From: an uncultured candidate division Zixibacteria bacterium
Lineage (GTDB): Bacteria > Zixibacteria > MSB-5A5 > GN15 > FEB-12
Assembly: GCA_963806185.1 (NCBI GenBank)
Contig: CAWDXE010000001.1
Coordinates: 64,001-128,000, forward strand
Direction of reading: 5' to 3'
Length of the DNA stretch: 64,000 bases
A program made the position numbers and the translations under genes. The notes under the pieces are model-generated. The model was not told where the DNA came from. It made no database searches and saw nothing but the letters and a program-made list of their open reading frames with translations. The stretch's first letter is position 1. Every line of letters begins with the position of its first letter. Of this stretch, positions 18,974 to 28,806 are shown piece by piece.

Positions 18974-19944
18974 CGAGCACCTCCAAAGGCAACGTGCACG
19001 GCAGCGTTCACCAAAAACTGATCATTATCCATATTGGCGGCATCGCGCCCGGCCAGGCGGTGCTTGGACGGATTATATACGCCGGTAACCGACAGAAAAT
19101 CAAGCGGCGTCACCCGAAGCCCCACCATCGGTCCCTCCGAGAGCTTGACATACTCGTAATAGTGCTGGGAAATCTCCTCGATCCGCACCCAGCCGCCAAC
19201 GATACCGATCGGCAGCTTCGGCGAGGGATAGGCAATCGCTTGTATGCCTATCATTCGACGCTTCGTGGTCAGTTCCTGACTTTCGAAGGTGAAGTCTCCA
19301 TTCCAGAATGTATGTCCGAAGATCCCCTCGATGAAGATCACCCGCTTCCAGGTGACGGCTCCGGTCAGCATGGGCATGAACCCGTACGGCGACGATGATC
19401 CGCCGACGCCGAGTTCCAGCCCAAGGAATTCAAGACCGCCGGTTGCTGTCGTCTGTTCGCTATGCACCGGCTGAACTTCCGTTACTACTCGCTCTACCGG
19501 CGGACGTTGTTCTACTGCTTTCAACCGGTTTTCCAGATCCACGAGAGTGCGGTCAACGCGGACACTGGCAAAGCGGCGATCCGCTCCGGCAATTTTCGAA
19601 TCCTCCGACTGTATGATGATCTGGCTCGAATCAACCCCGAATTCCTTTACGAGCAGATTGCGAAGCACGTGTGCGCGCCCAACCGCCAGTCCGGGATTGA
19701 GCGCATCGTGGTTGCGCTGGAATCGCTCTCCGTCCGCGCCGCCGGTTACAACAGCCCGCGCCAGTGGAAATGCCTTAAGCGTGTCGGCGACTGACTGCAG
19801 CTGGGCACGATACGGCGTGAACTGATTGCCTTCGATACTGCCGCCGACCCCCAGTGGGAAATCGGCGATAATGACCTGCTGGGCCGATGCGTTACCGGCG
19901 AGCAGGCAAAGTAAGAAGCCAATCGCGAATAGTGATCTTGTCAT
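18970..19944 (-). CDS. Exported protein: OmpA-like domain followed by a probable outer-membrane beta-barrel
   Basis: Signal peptide (ASA-Q); VTGGAD...NPGLAVGRA...GV...I OmpA_C-like pattern; C-terminal amphipathic beta strands. Confidence 0.62.
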   Translation of the reverse strand: MTRSLFAIGFLLCLLAGNASAQQVIIADFPLGVGGSIEGNQFTPYRAQLQSVADTLKAFPLARAVVTGGADGERFQRNHDALNPGLAVGRAHVLRNLLVKEFGVDSSQIIIQSEDSKIAGADRRFASVRVDRTLVDLENRLKAVEQRPPVERVVTEVQPVHSEQTTATGGLEFLGLELGVGGSSSPYGFMPMLTGAVTWKRVIFIEGIFGHTFWNGDFTFESQELTTKRRMIGIQAIAYPSPKLPIGIVGGWVRIEEISQHYYEYVKLSEGPMVGLRVTPLDFLSVTGVYNPSKHRLAGRDAANMDNDQFLVNAAVHVAFGGAR

Positions 19945-20254
19945 AGACGACCTCAGAGTCAATTATCGAGCATCAAATGGTGCCGCTCGCGTGCAGTCAA
20001 TTCATGCGGCAATGCTTCAATGCTCCTTGTTTACCTGTTCGCCACCACTTGATTCTAAACGTCCGTGATTCATAAAAACTCGTGCAGGGATCTTCCGTGA
20101 TGGCTGCAGACAATTGCAGATTCTGATCCTTGGTCGTGACCGGGATAAGGCATAGCAAGCCTCGCCCCACCAAAGTACTGGTCCAGGCACCAGTTACAAA
20201 TTATCTATGAAGGTAAGATGCAAAAACCGTTCCCATTTCCAGGAACGGTAGAGT

Positions 20255-21853
20255 TCAGATAGTCATTTGCCGACGTCGACCCCAATAGGCCAGAATCGCC
20301 AGCACCGGGATTAGAATTGCGAAGATCGAGGTATTGGCCGGAGTCGTCGCGACTGATGCCCCCATGAAATCGAGCAACGGCACCTGATTCATCGGCCCGA
20401 TATACCAGAGCGCCACGTAGACTGATTCGAAAAGCACCGCACTGCCCGACCAGGCACCAAGTACCAGTGCCAGCGTCGGAATGAACACCGCCCCCACAAC
20501 GCACGCAGCCGTTCCGGCCAAATCGCCGGTTACCAGAAGTCGGAGTATCGTCCCCATCCCGGTGATAAAAGCGACCGTGATTCCGGCCAGCCAGATCGCC
20601 GGGAACTGGCGCGTTAACGCCATCGGACACGAGAACACGATCTGCTCGACGCCAAACTTCTTTTCCCGCGTCCCCATCGACGACCAGATGGCCAACGGCC
20701 AGATCCAGGCGATAGGAAAAATGAACTGACGCACCGCCGCCATCGGCGCGAGCAGCGTCGCCAAGACCAGCCCGATGGCTCCTATCATCCACCACCGGTT
20801 CACCGATCGGAACATGAGTCGCAACTCTACCCGCGTCATGGCTACGAGCGAAGGCTTGATCTGCCCGGTGTACGGACCAAGGTGCGCCACGTGAGTCGGC
20901 CTTGTCCCTTCGCCTGCAGCTTCCTCTTCGCTCTGCGTTTGCGCCTTGCGGTGAGCCTGCACCTCCACCGAATCAAAGCGACGGAAAATGGGCGTCGCCA
21001 CCAACACGATGCCGATGGCTGCCAACACCCAGAGAAGTCTCTGCAATATCAACTCCGCCGACCAATTGACCCCGGACCAGACGAAAGTCGATTGGGGCGC
21101 CGTCTTCTCAACGATCTGGATACCCAGGGAAATATTGTTGTTCAGATTGGTAAATGCAGCGTGGGCCGCGTGCGAGATCTGCGCCAGTATTTGCGACAAC
21201 CCGGCGACATCGTTCACGCCCCCGGAACGTATCGCCTCGGCTCTGTCGGAGGATAACGCAGAGATGATCAGAAGTACATTCCACGTGAAGAAGTAGATCA
21301 CATTTCCCATCGCACCACGCAGGACTGGTGTCACCTCGAACAGGACGGCGAGTGCCGCGATAATCAGGAGGTAGGGCATGGCAAACAAGAGTGTCGGACC
21401 GACCAGCTGCCAGAGGTTGATCGACGTATCCTCGCCGCGAATTAACTGCATCACTCCCGCGCTGGCGAGCACCGCCAGCACGATAGCCGCGAAGACCGCA
21501 AAGTTGCTCAGCGTCTTTCCCAGAAGATAATTGAACTTGCCGAGCGGCGTCGCGGCCAGAATCTGTCCAACGCGCGTCTGGTAGTCTCGCGTTACGGCGT
21601 TTTTGACCAGATAGAATCCAATCAGCGAAACAAACACCGAGCTCATCAGCGAACAGACCGCCCCGATCCAGGCGGAGTTGTACACCCCGCGCACATTGTC
21701 GATGGCGACCGTCATGTACCCGGCGTCACTGGTCGGCAAGTAGATGTAACCGAGATACAACGCCCCCACCAGCGTAACCAGAAAGCTGGATCGACGCACC
21801 CGCTCCAGGAAATCGGCGCGCGCCAGATGATACAGGATGCGGACGGTTTTCAC
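20255..21853 (-). CDS. ABC-2-type transporter permease (duplicated)
   Basis: Multi-TM; ILAATPLGKFNYLLGKTLSN motif; overlaps the ATPase gene. Confidence 0.8.
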   Translation of the reverse strand: MKTVRILYHLARADFLERVRRSSFLVTLVGALYLGYIYLPTSDAGYMTVAIDNVRGVYNSAWIGAVCSLMSSVFVSLIGFYLVKNAVTRDYQTRVGQILAATPLGKFNYLLGKTLSNFAVFAAIVLAVLASAGVMQLIRGEDTSINLWQLVGPTLLFAMPYLLIIAALAVLFEVTPVLRGAMGNVIYFFTWNVLLIISALSSDRAEAIRSGGVNDVAGLSQILAQISHAAHAAFTNLNNNISLGIQIVEKTAPQSTFVWSGVNWSAELILQRLLWVLAAIGIVLVATPIFRRFDSVEVQAHRKAQTQSEEEAAGEGTRPTHVAHLGPYTGQIKPSLVAMTRVELRLMFRSVNRWWMIGAIGLVLATLLAPMAAVRQFIFPIAWIWPLAIWSSMGTREKKFGVEQIVFSCPMALTRQFPAIWLAGITVAFITGMGTILRLLVTGDLAGTAACVVGAVFIPTLALVLGAWSGSAVLFESVYVALWYIGPMNQVPLLDFMGASVATTPANTSIFAILIPVLAILAYWGRRRQMTI

Positions 21854-22734
21854 GCCGGCACTCGCTCCCGACCGGTGGTGACATGCCAGAGGTACACATC
21901 TTCCAGCGTGGGCGCCACGGCCCGGGCGGAAGCATGTGTCGCCGATTCCATCACGACTCTCACGCGCATGCCATCGGCTCGCCGGGAAACACCCGTGACA
22001 AGGTGCCGCTCCTTGAACGTCACCAACTGATCGCCGGACAGATCAACTTCCCATACCAGACCCGCGAGCCGCGCCAGAAGGTCGTCGGCCGATGCGTGCA
22101 CCAACAGCCGGCCGCCCGCGATCATCGCAATGCTGCTGGCCGTAGCCTCGACATCCGACACGATGTGCGTCGACAGAATCACAATCCGCTCGCCTGATAG
22201 ATCGGCCAGCAGATTGCGAAACCGCACTCGTTCCTCCGGATCGAGCCCGGCTGTCGGTTCGTCAACAATCAGTAGTTTGGGATCATTCAACAGGGCTGCC
22301 GCAATCCCCACGCGCTGGCGCATGCCGCCCGAAAAGCCGCCCACCGGTCGATTCCGCGCTGCAAACAGGTTGACAAGCTGCAGCAATTCGTCGAGCCGTT
22401 GGGTGGCCGCTGTTCCACTCATCCCTTTGGCGGCCGCTAGATATTGAAGAAATTCCTTCGCGGTTAGGTGGGGATACACACCAAAATCCTGTGGCAGATA
22501 ACCCAGAGTGCGGCGCAAGTTGTCGGGGTGCGCGGCGACATCCTCGCCGTTCCAACGGATTGCACCCTCAGTCGGTTTGGTAACGGTTGCCAGCATGCGC
22601 ATCAACGTCGACTTGCCGGCGCCGTTCGGACCGAGCAGACCCAATATCCCCGGACCAAGCGTCAGGCTGAATTCCTTCAGTCCCCAAACGTTTCCTTTGT
22701 ACTGTTTCGAGAGTCCCGCGATGGACAGTTCCAT
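21850..22734 (-). CDS. ABC transporter ATP-binding protein
   Basis: GPNGAGKS, FSGGMRQR, IVDEPTAGLD, STH. Confidence 0.95.
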   Translation of the reverse strand: MELSIAGLSKQYKGNVWGLKEFSLTLGPGILGLLGPNGAGKSTLMRMLATVTKPTEGAIRWNGEDVAAHPDNLRRTLGYLPQDFGVYPHLTAKEFLQYLAAAKGMSGTAATQRLDELLQLVNLFAARNRPVGGFSGGMRQRVGIAAALLNDPKLLIVDEPTAGLDPEERVRFRNLLADLSGERIVILSTHIVSDVEATASSIAMIAGGRLLVHASADDLLARLAGLVWEVDLSGDQLVTFKERHLVTGVSRRADGMRVRVVMESATHASARAVAPTLEDVYLWHVTTGRERVPA

Positions 22735-22735
22735 G

Positions 22736-23518
22736 TTAACTCCGTCTCGGCAAGTTCCGCTCGAACGCTTCAATGTCCTCGCGATATCGGCGCGCGATTT
22801 CGACCGACGCAGGATTGGTGTAGATCTCCGCTTTCGGATGCTCGATCAAAGCCGCAATCGCTTCAGCCACTTCTTCGGCCGACTGCGCCGCCGCCCCGCC
22901 CGCGGGACTTCCCGATCGATGCCCCGGCGTGCCGCCAATCGCATTCTGATGGAAATCCGTCGCCACGACTCCCGGCATGACCAACGATACGTGGATATCC
23001 GGGTATGCATCGCGGAGATCCATCCGCAGGTTTGCCGTCAGCACGTTCAACGCCGCCTTCGCCGCGCTGTACGCCGACCGAAACGGTACCAATGGCACTC
23101 GACCGAGGAATGATGATACGTTGATCAGATGACCTCTCCCCTGCTGCTGAAAGTACGGAATGATTGTCTGCATGCCGTATAACGACGACTTCACATTGAT
23201 ACTTATCATCTGATCGATATCGTCATCAGAAAGTTGCAGCACTGTCCGGCTTATCCCGCGACCGACATTGTTCACCCAAACGTCAATCCGCCCCGCCTCC
23301 GTCAACGCCCGCTCTCGGACTGCCATCACCTCATCCCGCCGGGTCACATCGGCCACGGTCACTATCGTTTTTGTCTCGACTGTCCCAGCTACCGCTTTCA
23401 GTTCTGCTTCACGCCGCGCGACTAGAACCAACCGGTGGCCCAATCGGCCAAGTTCCCGAGCCAGCGCCGCGCCAATCCCGCTGCTGGCGCCTGTAATCAC
23501 AATGACTTTATTTTCCAC
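22736..23518 (-). CDS. SDR family oxidoreductase
   Basis: ITGASSGIG, NNVG, YSAAK; GTG start at 23518 after GAGGAG. Confidence 0.92.
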   Translation of the reverse strand: MENKVIVITGASSGIGAALARELGRLGHRLVLVARREAELKAVAGTVETKTIVTVADVTRRDEVMAVRERALTEAGRIDVWVNNVGRGISRTVLQLSDDDIDQMISINVKSSLYGMQTIIPYFQQQGRGHLINVSSFLGRVPLVPFRSAYSAAKAALNVLTANLRMDLRDAYPDIHVSLVMPGVVATDFHQNAIGGTPGHRSGSPAGGAAAQSAEEVAEAIAALIEHPKAEIYTNPASVEIARRYREDIEAFERNLPRRS

Positions 23519-23602
23519 TTTTGCAACTCCTCGTTCTTGCCTGGAGCAAGCTAGTGCATTACTTATGGTGAGAACAAACGAAATTGAACCAGCGAGGTTT
23601 CC

Positions 23603-24970
23603 ATGTCCAGGTCCTTCGTCGTCGCTATCCTGATGATGCTTGCCGTCGCCTCTCCCACCGCCCTCACTCAGCCCGAGGGCGGCCAGACGGTCATCAGTAG
23701 ACCCGAACTCGCCAACCGCGTCGTTCAGGAGTTTCTGCACGCCTGGAATGGCTACAAACAATACGCCTGGGGACACGATGATCTGAAACCTCTATCCAGG
23801 AGCTATCACGACTGGCATGCCGCTCCGCTGTATATGACGGCGGTCGACGCACTCGACGTCATGATCCTCATGGGACTGACTTCGGAAGCCGATTCCACCC
23901 GCGAATTCGTTGCCACTCATCTCAATTTCGACAAGGACATCGATGTCAAGAATTTCGAAATCACCATTAGAATCCTCGGGGGACTCCTGAGCAGCTACCA
24001 GCTTTCCGGTGATAAACGGCTTCTTGCGCTGGCTGAAGATCTTGGCAATCGCCTTCTCCCGGTGTTCAACTCCCCCACCGGCATGCCGTACATGTACGTG
24101 AATCTCAAAACCGGCGCGGTAAAGGGAGCCGTCACCAATCCGGCTGAAATCGGCACGTTATTGATCGAATTCGGCTCGCTCTCAAAGTTTTCCGGCAACC
24201 CGATTTACTTCGAGAAGGCAAAGAAAGCGGTCGTGGCCCTCTACGCCCGCCGTTCGCCGATCGGTCTGGTCGGAACCTGGATAAACATTGAAACCGGCGT
24301 CTGGACCGATTCCACCAGCCACATCAGCGGAGCCATTGACTCCTATTATGAATACCTCCTCAAATCGGCCCGCCTGTTCGACGACCACGATTGCGATACC
24401 ATGTTCCAGCACAGCCTCGCGGCGATCAATAAATATCTTGCCGACACGGTCAACGGCGGGCTCTGGTACGGCAGCGCCGATATGTTCACCGGAAAACGCA
24501 ATGGCACGAGTTTTGGTGCGCTCGACGCCTTCTTCCCGGCGGTACTCGCCCTGGCGGGTGATCTCGATCGCGCCAAACGGCTGCAGGAATCTTCCTACAA
24601 AATGTGGAACACCTTCGGTATTGAACCCGAACAAATAGACTACACCACGATGCAATCAACGTATCCCGGCTATCCACTGCGTCCGGAAATCATCGAGTCG
24701 GCGTACTACCTCTATTCGTTTACCAAGGACCCCCGCTATCTGACCATGGGGAAGAACTTCCTTGATAGCCTCGTCAAGTACTGTCGTGCCGATGTTGGTT
24801 ATGCTTCGCTTAAGGATGTCCGAACAAAGGAACAGAAAGATGAGATGGAGAGCTTCTTTTTGGCCGAGACGCTGAAATATCTCTACCTGCTTTTTGCGCC
24901 GGACGATAAGATCGATCTGAAGACGACGGTCTTCAACACCGAGGCCCATCCTATTCGAAAGACATGGTAG
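23603..24970 (+). CDS. Glycoside hydrolase family 47 (class I alpha-1,2-mannosidase), exported
   Basis: HAWNGYKQYAWGHD, FEITIRILGG, DSYYEYL, RPEIIES, ESFFLAETLKYLYLLF, NTEAHP; signal peptide. Confidence 0.92.
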   Translation: MSRSFVVAILMMLAVASPTALTQPEGGQTVISRPELANRVVQEFLHAWNGYKQYAWGHDDLKPLSRSYHDWHAAPLYMTAVDALDVMILMGLTSEADSTREFVATHLNFDKDIDVKNFEITIRILGGLLSSYQLSGDKRLLALAEDLGNRLLPVFNSPTGMPYMYVNLKTGAVKGAVTNPAEIGTLLIEFGSLSKFSGNPIYFEKAKKAVVALYARRSPIGLVGTWINIETGVWTDSTSHISGAIDSYYEYLLKSARLFDDHDCDTMFQHSLAAINKYLADTVNGGLWYGSADMFTGKRNGTSFGALDAFFPAVLALAGDLDRAKRLQESSYKMWNTFGIEPEQIDYTTMQSTYPGYPLRPEIIESAYYLYSFTKDPRYLTMGKNFLDSLVKYCRADVGYASLKDVRTKEQKDEMESFFLAETLKYLYLLFAPDDKIDLKTTVFNTEAHPIRKTW

Positions 24971-26167
24971 CTACGCCTTAACAAGCCGGTGTACGGTTAT
25001 CTCCGAGGGCGCCCCGATCCGCAGTTGCGGCCCCCAGTACCCGGTGCCACGGCTGACATAAATGCGCGACCGGCCGTGTTGATGCATGCCGGCCACATAC
25101 GGCTGAAAAAGCGACACCAGATAATGGTATGGGAAGTACTGCCCGCCGTGGGTATGGCCGGACAACACGTAGTCAAAGCCCGCTTTCTCGGCCTCAAAGA
25201 TACTCTTCGGCTGATGTGCCAGCAGAATCGAGAAATCGGTTTGCGGCGCATTCGCCATCGCTTTGAACGGATCAGTCCGATGCGCCGGCGAATAATTCCC
25301 GCCGGACAGATCAGTCACGCCTGCCATGAGCAGCCGCCCGTTGCCTCGTTCGATCACCTCATGCTCATTCAACAGCACCCGGAAGCCGAGCCGTTTCACC
25401 TCAGCCAGCCACGATTCTATTCCGGAATAGTAATCATGATTGCCGGTGATGAAGTACTTACCGTGCACCGCCGTCAGGTCCGCCAGGGGACTCGCGTCGT
25501 CGCTAAGGTCATCAACTGACCCGTCGACCAAATCCCCCGTCAGTACGATGGCGTCCCCCTTCAATTCATTAACCCGGTTCACAACTCGCTGCACAAACGG
25601 GCGCTTGATCGTATGGCTGACGTGGATGTCGGAAATTTGGACGACGGTGAAACCGTCCAGATCGGACGGAAGATTTGTTACTGGCACGTCGACCGTTATC
25701 ACTCTCGGTTCTCGGGTCGCCTCGAGGAATCCGTACCCGGTAAAACCGGCCGCGGTCGCCACCACGCTGAGATTCACGGCATTCACCAGCAACTTGCGCC
25801 GATCCGGATCGACTACATCGGCGACCGTGGGGGAGGATGAGAACAGGTGGCTGACTCCAGACCAGAGATAGACAGCCAGAAAAACCAGGTCCTTGGCCAG
25901 CACAAAGGCAAAAAGCAGTGTCACAAAGCCAAAACTGAGATAGGTGATCGAGGCCAGTGGGTCGAGCCAGTCCCCTTGCTTTCCCTTGAATTGGAGCAGC
26001 ACTAGAATGAAAGGCAGGACATACAGGATGAACAGAACCGTCCAGAGCAAAACTGACACCGGCAAACTGAAAGCCACCGGGACAATCAGCCGCCAGCCGA
26101 CATATCCGTACATCAATGCTATTACGACAACTGCAACGAGTAGAAAAATACGACTACCTCCTACCAC
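24971..26167 (-). CDS. Membrane-anchored metallophosphoesterase (YkuE/YaeI-like); start uncertain
   Basis: SDIH, GDLVD, GNHD, SGHTHGGQ motifs; N-terminal TM helices. Confidence 0.88.
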   Translation of the reverse strand: MVGGSRIFLLVAVVVIALMYGYVGWRLIVPVAFSLPVSVLLWTVLFILYVLPFILVLLQFKGKQGDWLDPLASITYLSFGFVTLLFAFVLAKDLVFLAVYLWSGVSHLFSSSPTVADVVDPDRRKLLVNAVNLSVVATAAGFTGYGFLEATREPRVITVDVPVTNLPSDLDGFTVVQISDIHVSHTIKRPFVQRVVNRVNELKGDAIVLTGDLVDGSVDDLSDDASPLADLTAVHGKYFITGNHDYYSGIESWLAEVKRLGFRVLLNEHEVIERGNGRLLMAGVTDLSGGNYSPAHRTDPFKAMANAPQTDFSILLAHQPKSIFEAEKAGFDYVLSGHTHGGQYFPYHYLVSLFQPYVAGMHQHGRSRIYVSRGTGYWGPQLRIGAPSEITVHRLVKA

Positions 26168-26429
26168 TAAACCGATAACTCGCCGAGCCGGTTCCGGAAT
26201 TCCCCTGCTTACACCAAAACGAATTAACGGATACCCTGGTCCACTCGGAAGCAAGAACTGACGTCTGTCAGAGAAAAAATCCAACTTCTCTTATCGGAAA
26301 ACGCGCCGCGCAACAAACACCGGATTCATCGAAATCTCTACCGCTATGCAAGAACATTCAGTAGGTTTGTTACGTATGGAAAGTTGACCGCGCGACCCAC
26401 GACTTGGGCGATCGGAACGGAGGTACAGC

Positions 26430-28769
26430 TTGCGACGAATCAACTATCTGGTCATTGCCCTCATTTCCCTCACTCTCATCCCTCTCGAACTTTCCTGGAC
26501 TCGTATCTTTTCCGCCGAATTCTTCTATGCGTTTGCGTTTCTTGTCCTTTCGCTTGCTATCCTCGGCCTCGGGCTCGGCGGGCTGGCCCTTCGTCTGTGG
26601 CAGCGACTGGCCAACCTGCATCTTCTCGGGATCTACCTCGCCCTTGCAGGTCTCTGCGCCCTGCTCGGTCCCATCCTGGTATTCAAACTGCAACCCGACT
26701 TCTCAGCCCTGTTCTCAAGTTGGCTTATGGTCGGCAAATTAGCGCTCACCGTGTTGATACTCATGTCGACGTACTTCTTTGGCGGCCTGGCCCTCTCTCT
26801 CCTCTTCAGGGAAAATCATGCTGACATGCCCCGTCTCTATATGGCCGACCTTCTGGGTGCCGGCGTCGGCGTGCTGATCGCTATTTGGGGGATGAATCAG
26901 TTCGGAACCCCGCAAGCGTCCTTCTTGATCGCCTTGCCGATTCTTGCCGCCTCGTTCGTCACCTCCCGTGACGGGCTCAAGGTGATTCCAGTCCTCATCG
27001 CCGTCCTTGTGTTCACTTTCCTGCCCAGGGCCGATGATCTGTTGCGGCTCGAGCGCGAAGAGCGCGCCCCGGTCATCTACACGCACTGGGACGCCATGTC
27101 CAAGATCAAAGTCTACCAGTACGATTCGGAATATCGGGGCATCAATATCGACAACGTGGCCAATACGCCGGTCAGTTATTTCGATGGCAACTGGGCCGAC
27201 GTCAAACCGGAGTCCACCTCCTGGCCGATCGACGTTTCCTACTTGATCAACCGGTTCGATTCGTGCGTCTTTCTCTCCCTCGGTGCGGGTGGCGGCGGTG
27301 ACGTCCTTCAGGCGCTGGTCGAGGGCGCTACCGAGATTCACGCCGTCGAGGTAAATCCGCATATCAATTGGATGATGTTGGTCGACGACACCGCCGGCTA
27401 CGTTGCCCCTCCCCCTCCACCTCCCGATTCATCGAAAGACACTGCGCAGTCGGCTCAGGTCGACACCATCGCCAAGCCAATGATGTCGATCGCCGAATTT
27501 TCCGGTGGAATATATCACGATCCACGCGTGCGCGTCGTCACCGAAGACGCCCGCTCGTATGTCCGGCGCCATCCGGGCAAGTTCGACGTGATCTATTCGC
27601 TGAGTTCCAACTCCTGGGCCGCGCTTGCCTCCGGCGCCTTCGCTCTCGCGGAAAACTACCTCTTTACGACCGATGCTTACATCGATTACTGGCGCGCCAT
27701 GTCCGACTCAGGTTTTCTGATGATGGAACATCAGATGTACACCCCCCGCCTGGTGGCTGAAGTGGTCGACGCCTTGACTGAATTGGACGTCGCCAAACCG
27801 ACCGAACACTTTGCCGTCTATGATCTGCCGCAAATGCGACGAAAGATCCTGCTCTTGTCGAAGCAACCGCTCACCGACTCACTTCGCTACTACGCTCTGG
27901 GCCCGCTCACCGCCGAGCGATTCGGCGAGATTCACTTGATCTATCCGCCCGCCAATGATTCGGTGGCGAACCACCTTATCAACAAGATCATCGCGCAAGG
28001 GTGGCGACGGGTCGCTGATTCTGCCGCAATAGATATCTCGCCCGTCACCGACAATCGTCCATTCGTCGCACAACTGGGCAAGTGGAAAAATCTGAATGCC
28101 GAAAATCTGAAGAAGGTATCTGCGTACGCCGAATTCACCGGCTTTCCGCTCTCGAAGATCACCATGCTCATCGTCAGCTTCGTCGTGTTACTGATCGTGC
28201 TGCCGATTAACCTGATTCCCTATGCCGTCAAGGGGCCGCACCTGCGCGCCGCACCCTGGTTGTATTTCTTCTGCATTGGGGTCGCGTTCATGGGTGTCGA
28301 GATCATTCTGATCCAGAAATACGCCCTCCTACTGGGCACGTCGCTCTATAGCATGGCGACCGTGTTGTTGACGCTCCTCATCGCGTCAGGAATTGGAAGC
28401 CGTTTTGCCGACCACTTTTCCGACCGGGCAGTCTTCCCGGCAATTGTCGGTTGGTTGTGTCTCGAGGCTCTGGCCTTCGGATTTCTCGCCGATGTCGCGG
28501 GCGGCCAATCGCTCGCTTTTCGATCATTGCTCGCCGTGGTGCTCATCGCACCGGTCGGCTTCTTCATGGGAATGCCCTTCCCGAAAGGGGCACTGAAAGT
28601 CGGCGCACTTATCGACTGGGGCTTCGCGGTCAACGGCGCAGCATCCGTGCTCGGCTCGGTGCTGATCCTCGTGCTCGCCTTCGCCTGGGGGTTCACGATT
28701 GCCCTTTTGGTCGCAGCTCTTTTCTATCTGGCGGCGTTTGTGCTGATACGGACGAGATTGGCCTGGTAG
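26430..28769 (+). CDS. Membrane protein with spermidine-synthase-like class I SAM-binding domain
   Basis: N- and C-terminal TM bundles flanking LGAGGGGDV, AVEVNP, EDARSYV, FDVI motifs. Confidence 0.78.
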   Translation: MRRINYLVIALISLTLIPLELSWTRIFSAEFFYAFAFLVLSLAILGLGLGGLALRLWQRLANLHLLGIYLALAGLCALLGPILVFKLQPDFSALFSSWLMVGKLALTVLILMSTYFFGGLALSLLFRENHADMPRLYMADLLGAGVGVLIAIWGMNQFGTPQASFLIALPILAASFVTSRDGLKVIPVLIAVLVFTFLPRADDLLRLEREERAPVIYTHWDAMSKIKVYQYDSEYRGINIDNVANTPVSYFDGNWADVKPESTSWPIDVSYLINRFDSCVFLSLGAGGGGDVLQALVEGATEIHAVEVNPHINWMMLVDDTAGYVAPPPPPPDSSKDTAQSAQVDTIAKPMMSIAEFSGGIYHDPRVRVVTEDARSYVRRHPGKFDVIYSLSSNSWAALASGAFALAENYLFTTDAYIDYWRAMSDSGFLMMEHQMYTPRLVAEVVDALTELDVAKPTEHFAVYDLPQMRRKILLLSKQPLTDSLRYYALGPLTAERFGEIHLIYPPANDSVANHLINKIIAQGWRRVADSAAIDISPVTDNRPFVAQLGKWKNLNAENLKKVSAYAEFTGFPLSKITMLIVSFVVLLIVLPINLIPYAVKGPHLRAAPWLYFFCIGVAFMGVEIILIQKYALLLGTSLYSMATVLLTLLIASGIGSRFADHFSDRAVFPAIVGWLCLEALAFGFLADVAGGQSLAFRSLLAVVLIAPVGFFMGMPFPKGALKVGALIDWGFAVNGAASVLGSVLILVLAFAWGFTIALLVAALFYLAAFVLIRTRLAW

Positions 28770-28806
28770 GTAAAGGCATCACGTCTGGCGGAAGGCTCGC
28801 TCTCGC

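Noticed and set aside
18272..19021. 249-aa plus-strand ORF rich in R/H/D/V
   Set aside because: It is the antisense shadow of the DT-repeat lipoprotein
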